This document shows positions 60,016-64,000 of a stretch of 64,000 bases of DNA, in pieces. The DNA lies in NCBI GenBank assembly GCA_963667015.2, contig CAXXJJ010000004.1, forward strand, positions 2,464,001-2,528,000, given 5' to 3'. The DNA comes from Desulfatiglandales bacterium. GTDB taxonomy: Bacteria > Desulfobacterota > DSM-4660 > Desulfatiglandales > HGW-15. Under the pieces are notes generated by a model. The model made no database searches and was not told the origin of the DNA. It was given only the letters and a program-made list of their open reading frames with translations. How positions within the stretch are numbered: position 1 is the first letter of the stretch; each line of letters opens with the position of its first letter. The translations under genes were made by a program, and so were the position numbers.

Positions 60016-60378
60016 CTGATAGTCTCCTTTGAATCAAAATTCACGGCTACATTTTCATTAGTTCAAAATAAATAAAAGGGCCTCTGTTTAGCTCTTACCA
60101 CCATTATCAAGAAAACATATGGATTAAACGCTCGTAGCCGTGGAATGACGACAAAAAAACTTTGTTTGGAAAAACAAAAGACAATGCGCCTTGGCACTTT
60201 AAGGCAGTAATTCTTTATACCCGAAAAGATATTAAGGTTTTTTTAAGACTAATGGATTGAAAAAGCAAGGGAAAAGCAGGTTTCAGTCTCCGCATAAAGC
60301 TTCGTCCTGACAAGCAATTCGCGGAATGACGGGAAACCTAACAGTCTTCAGCCTGACAGTCTTCAGTCTGCAGTTCTC

Positions 60379-61296
60379 TCAGCTTGTCTTTTTAGCCACA
60401 ATCACATATCTGCTCGTCACACCCAGTATTTTCTTTTTCTGCATGGCAGATACAACACCCGCGTTGAAACGCCCCGATGACATGGGCGACTGTACCATAT
60501 GGGTCATCTTCCATCCCCCTTTTTTTAACGCACTCAGATAATCATCTATTAAAATGGAGTTTTCCCATGTCTCCTCTTTTGCCGGTTTGCCCTGAAAGTC
60601 TCTCCAGGCGGCATTTTAAACAGACTGAAGCATTTTAGACTAAAGGCTGAAGGAGAAGCAGTAAAACCTAAAAGTCTTCAGACTAAAAAACTTTAGCCTG
60701 CATTTCCTCGTCTCTGAGGTGTCCATTAAAATCTGGAGGTCATTTTCGTAAAATGATCGCCATTTCAATTACTTGGGGAGACTTATGAAGATATTTTCTA
60801 CCTGTCCCATAAATTTATGGGACAGGTCGTTTGAATCTCCTGAAATACTCGATCCTCTGTCTTCGCTTCGTCGTATCGAATCCAGTTTGGAAAGTAGATT
60901 TTTCAAGCTATGCATGGCGGATTCACCCATGCTGTCATACACTTCATCACCGTAAAGCTCGGAGTCGACCAGATCAACAATGGTCTCTATTGTTTCTATA
61001 ACTGATAAATTTTCACGCTGAAGGTTTTCCGCGGCGCACATGCGCCTTGCCTCAAGGTCATTCGCCTTGATTACTCTGGAGAGTATGGTGCTGTTATCAG
61101 TATATTCCTTAACTGCCCTTAGCCTTCTTTCACCGCATATGAGCTGAAAACGCCCGTTACAGCGCCTTAAGACTACAGGCTCAATAAGACCATCCTGCAT
61201 TATGCTTACTGCAAGCTCTCTGAGTTTATCATCGCTTATATGCCTTCTGTGCTGGAAAGGGGAAAGATCAATCTTTTCAATATCAATCAATTCCAT
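60379..61296 (-). pseudogene. Decayed ParB-domain gene (in-frame TAA at 60769-60771, middle missing, C-terminal remnant about 60612-60379)
   Basis: ParB motifs GLIEP, GERRLRA, ENLQRENL; the frame continues LKWRSFYENDL after the stop; a startless remnant reads AWRDFQ...GVTSRYVIVAKKTS*. Confidence 0.6.
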
Positions 61297-62162
61297 GGTT
61301 ATTTTCCTTTAGTACCCATAAGGAAATGGGTCTGATGTTAAAAACAAACTTTTTTGGATTGATACCAGTAATTCGGGAAAACTTTTAAGACAGTAATTCG
61401 TTGTACCTGAAAAGATAGGATTGGTCAGGTTTAAGACTTAATGGATTGAAAAAGCAAGGGTAAAATCAGGCTGAAGCTTTTTAGGCTGTAGGCTGTTAGG
61501 CGAAACAAAAACTTTGGACAGATATAGCTTAATTCTTTATTTTATCAGGAGAGAGATTATCATTGGCCTGGCTTATGTATTTTTGTGCAACTGGTCAATG
61601 TGCAACGGTTGATCTCCGTTTAGCTCATTAATGTGTTTTACTCAATTTTATTTGTTTATATCTTCGATATTTTATCAGTTTGCATCTGTTTTTTTTTACT
61701 TTACCCACTTTTTAATAAGCCAAAGAGCTATTAGGAGACTTTAAAGGTCTATATTAAAAAGCACTTCTGTTCTCCAACCTCCCTGGCACGGCGTACTAAT
61801 AAGAAGCCGGCTGGTCTTTTTCTTCCCCTAACAGCCTATAGTCAGCTTCAGCCCAGTTCCTGACCTCCGATCTCAGACATCTGACCTCTGTCTTTTCCTT
61901 CTTGAATTTATTACAAAAAAAGCCTAAAAATAAAACGTATCATTTCAGGTATAAAGATGTACTGTCTTACAAGTCTTTCAAAATAAATTATTACCAGTTT
62001 TAAAATAAAAACCATTATCCTATTTTAACAAGAAGGGAAAATGATATTTGAATATTTTAGGACATTACCCCTTTACGACTCAAATCGTTAAGCTTAACAC
62101 ACTCTTGATACGAGGAGTATGGGGGACCAGCTAAGGGATTTGATATTTAATATGAGAATTTC

Positions 62163-63899
62163 ATGAAGGAGGAAAACATGCCTCTAGGGAACAGTAAAGA
62201 AGTGGAAATCGTGAGGAGAAAGTTCCTGATAAACGCCGGTTTGATGGCCGCATTTCCTGCGGCATTAACTGTATTGCCGGCTGCCTGTACTGACGGCACG
62301 GAAAAGACCGCGAAAACAACAAGCGTTTCTCCCGGAAAGGCTGAATTGGAACTGCTCAGCCCCATGGGAGTAATCGATCCCCCTCCAATGCTTGGATTAT
62401 CCCCCCGCCTGAAGACCTTGGAAGGCAAAAGACTTGCTATGATTCATAACAATAAAGCTGGCGCAAAAGAGCTCCTGATTGCTGTTGAGGAGCAGCTGAA
62501 AGAAAAATATCCTTCAGCGACCTTTGTGCGGTTCGACACGACTATAGGTCTGGCGGACAAACCGGAAAAGTATGCAGAAATAGCCGAATCATGCGACGCC
62601 TTCATTCTTGGTGCTGGAGACTTAGGGACCTGTACATGGTGGGGCGTCTACCACTCAATACAAATAGAGAAGAATGGTAAACCAGGGGTATTCCTTGCCA
62701 CAGAAAATCTCATGAAAAACGCGGAATCATCTTCTTCTGACTGGGGCATGCCCGGATTTCGAACGATAGCATTGCCTCCCCGGGAATGGTACACACATCG
62801 GGGAACCGCGGAAGAAATGCTGCCTACCGCTGCCAAGCTTTTGAATGCCATTATTGATGGATTGACGCGTCCTCTGACAGAAAAGGAAGCCAATCCCAAA
62901 CAAAGGAAAAAAGAGATCTATCCGCCGATTACAGTCTCGGCGGATAGCTATGAAGCCGCGGTTGAAAAATTCAACGAAGTGTTTCTCGAAAATCACATGG
63001 GCGATGGATTGCCCTTGCTGCCTCCTACGGCAGAACGCGTTAAGTGGATGCTTTCCGGAACAAGCCGCGGTCCCGACGAAGTTCTCGGCAAGTGCCCCTT
63101 AAGATTCGGCAATGTCACGATAGAGAAGGTTGCCATTAACGCCGTCATGGCTGGCGCCAAGCCGGAATATCTGCCGGCGATCATCGCGGCGATGGATTGC
63201 TTTGTTGGGGAAAGTGGGCCCGGACAAAAAGGCGAATTTTTCTTCCATGTTTTGACATCAGGAGGCTCTTTTAACCTTATGATTCTGTTTAACGGTCCTC
63301 TGGCTAAAGAACTCAACATGAATTCCGGGCCGGGTTTTTTAGGGCACGGCTGGCGAGCCAACAATACCATTGGACGCGCCGTCCGATTAAGCACGATCAC
63401 CATAGGCCATTGTTGGCCGGCAGAGAACGACATGGCGCTGACCGGAAGGATAAATCCGCATACATGGATTACCTTTGCCGAGAATGAAACTGAAAGTCCC
63501 TGGGAGCCCTGTCATATGGGCAAGGGATTTGCAAAAGATGATAGCGTCGTTACAGTTTGCGAAATCAGCAGCAGCTTTTCCACATTTATCGCCGGCGTCA
63601 CAGCCTCCTGGACCGCCATGTCTATTTTGGACCAGATGGCGTCAAAGATGAGCAAGAGGGGCGGCTACATGGCGGTGTTCGCGCTGGAAGTCGCGGAGGA
63701 GTTGAAAAGACTGGGCTTCAACAGGAAGGATATACAGGAGTGGTTCCATCAAAAGACCGGTGTGGCCGCAGAGAATGTTAATGTTTTGGTAGCGGGTAGC
63801 GTTCCCGGATATTGCCTTTTATTTGGAATAACGGCTATGAACGCGCACGTTTCTAAAAAAATAACAGGAGCTACCCTTACCAAAGCGGGCCGTGCTTAA
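62163..63899 (+). CDS. UGSC-family (seleno)protein-like fusion with a Tat/lipoprotein-like signal
   Basis: VRRKFL...LPAAC; PRLKTLEGKRL...NNK; GDLGTC at the U/C-x-x-C site; DGLPLLPPT.ERV..ML, EKVAINAVMAGA. Confidence 0.7.
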   Translation: MKEENMPLGNSKEVEIVRRKFLINAGLMAAFPAALTVLPAACTDGTEKTAKTTSVSPGKAELELLSPMGVIDPPPMLGLSPRLKTLEGKRLAMIHNNKAGAKELLIAVEEQLKEKYPSATFVRFDTTIGLADKPEKYAEIAESCDAFILGAGDLGTCTWWGVYHSIQIEKNGKPGVFLATENLMKNAESSSSDWGMPGFRTIALPPREWYTHRGTAEEMLPTAAKLLNAIIDGLTRPLTEKEANPKQRKKEIYPPITVSADSYEAAVEKFNEVFLENHMGDGLPLLPPTAERVKWMLSGTSRGPDEVLGKCPLRFGNVTIEKVAINAVMAGAKPEYLPAIIAAMDCFVGESGPGQKGEFFFHVLTSGGSFNLMILFNGPLAKELNMNSGPGFLGHGWRANNTIGRAVRLSTITIGHCWPAENDMALTGRINPHTWITFAENETESPWEPCHMGKGFAKDDSVVTVCEISSSFSTFIAGVTASWTAMSILDQMASKMSKRGGYMAVFALEVAEELKRLGFNRKDIQEWFHQKTGVAAENVNVLVAGSVPGYCLLFGITAMNAHVSKKITGATLTKAGRA

Positions 63900-64000
63900 T
63901 ATGTTGATGAGGAAAGAGCCGGAAGTAAATGTTAAGGGAGAACAAATGAAATGGATGATCTTAAATACAGTAAGTACTTACTTAATGAGCTACCCCTTGA

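Larger units (their letters stand above)
59271..61969. repeat. Four copies of a ~70-bp intergenic module (59271-59345, 60201-60270, 61386-61460, inverted 61901-61969)
   Basis: Shared core CAGTAATTCTTTATACCCG-AAAGATA...TTTAAGACT...GCAAG. Confidence 0.75.

Noticed and set aside
62095..62140. c-di-AMP (ydaO)-like riboswitch upstream of the UGSC gene
   Set aside because: Only a short GGGGGACCA resemblance; the other conserved blocks were not found.

Overview
The window looks like chromosomal DNA from a Desulfobacterota-like (deltaproteobacterial) anaerobe; this is inferred from gene content only. It has three parts. (1) 1-~18.3 kb is an AT-rich, all-plus-strand accessory region ending at a tRNA 3'-end fragment and tRNA-Arg(UCU). 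It holds a polar amino-acid ABC transporter, a divergent phosphorelay-like cluster (His-kinase-like, receiver-like, sigma54 activator, receiver-PRTase fusion) and a sigma54-type promoter. Then comes a six-gene operon (13309-17740): a small protein of synonymously diverged DEIPPGTFHG(G) repeats, two paralogous single-Cys E2-like mini-proteins, a JAB peptidase-ThiF/E1 fusion, a single-module ClpB-D2-type AAA+ ATPase and a membrane protein. This operon is the main candidate for an undescribed system: a polyubiquitin-like peptide-tag or RiPP pathway with no beta-grasp ubiquitin-like protein. (2) ~18.7-43.4 kb is ordinary housekeeping and metabolic genes. (3) ~43.5-64 kb is a mosaic of toxin-antitoxin genes, an ISL3, a tyrosine recombinase plus IS91-type element inserted at an attC site, integron cassettes with Shedu-like and HNH nucleases, repeated intergenic modules, a decayed ParB gene and a UGSC-family gene whose expected Sec codon reads Leu. 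All calls come from motif reading; no database searches were run.
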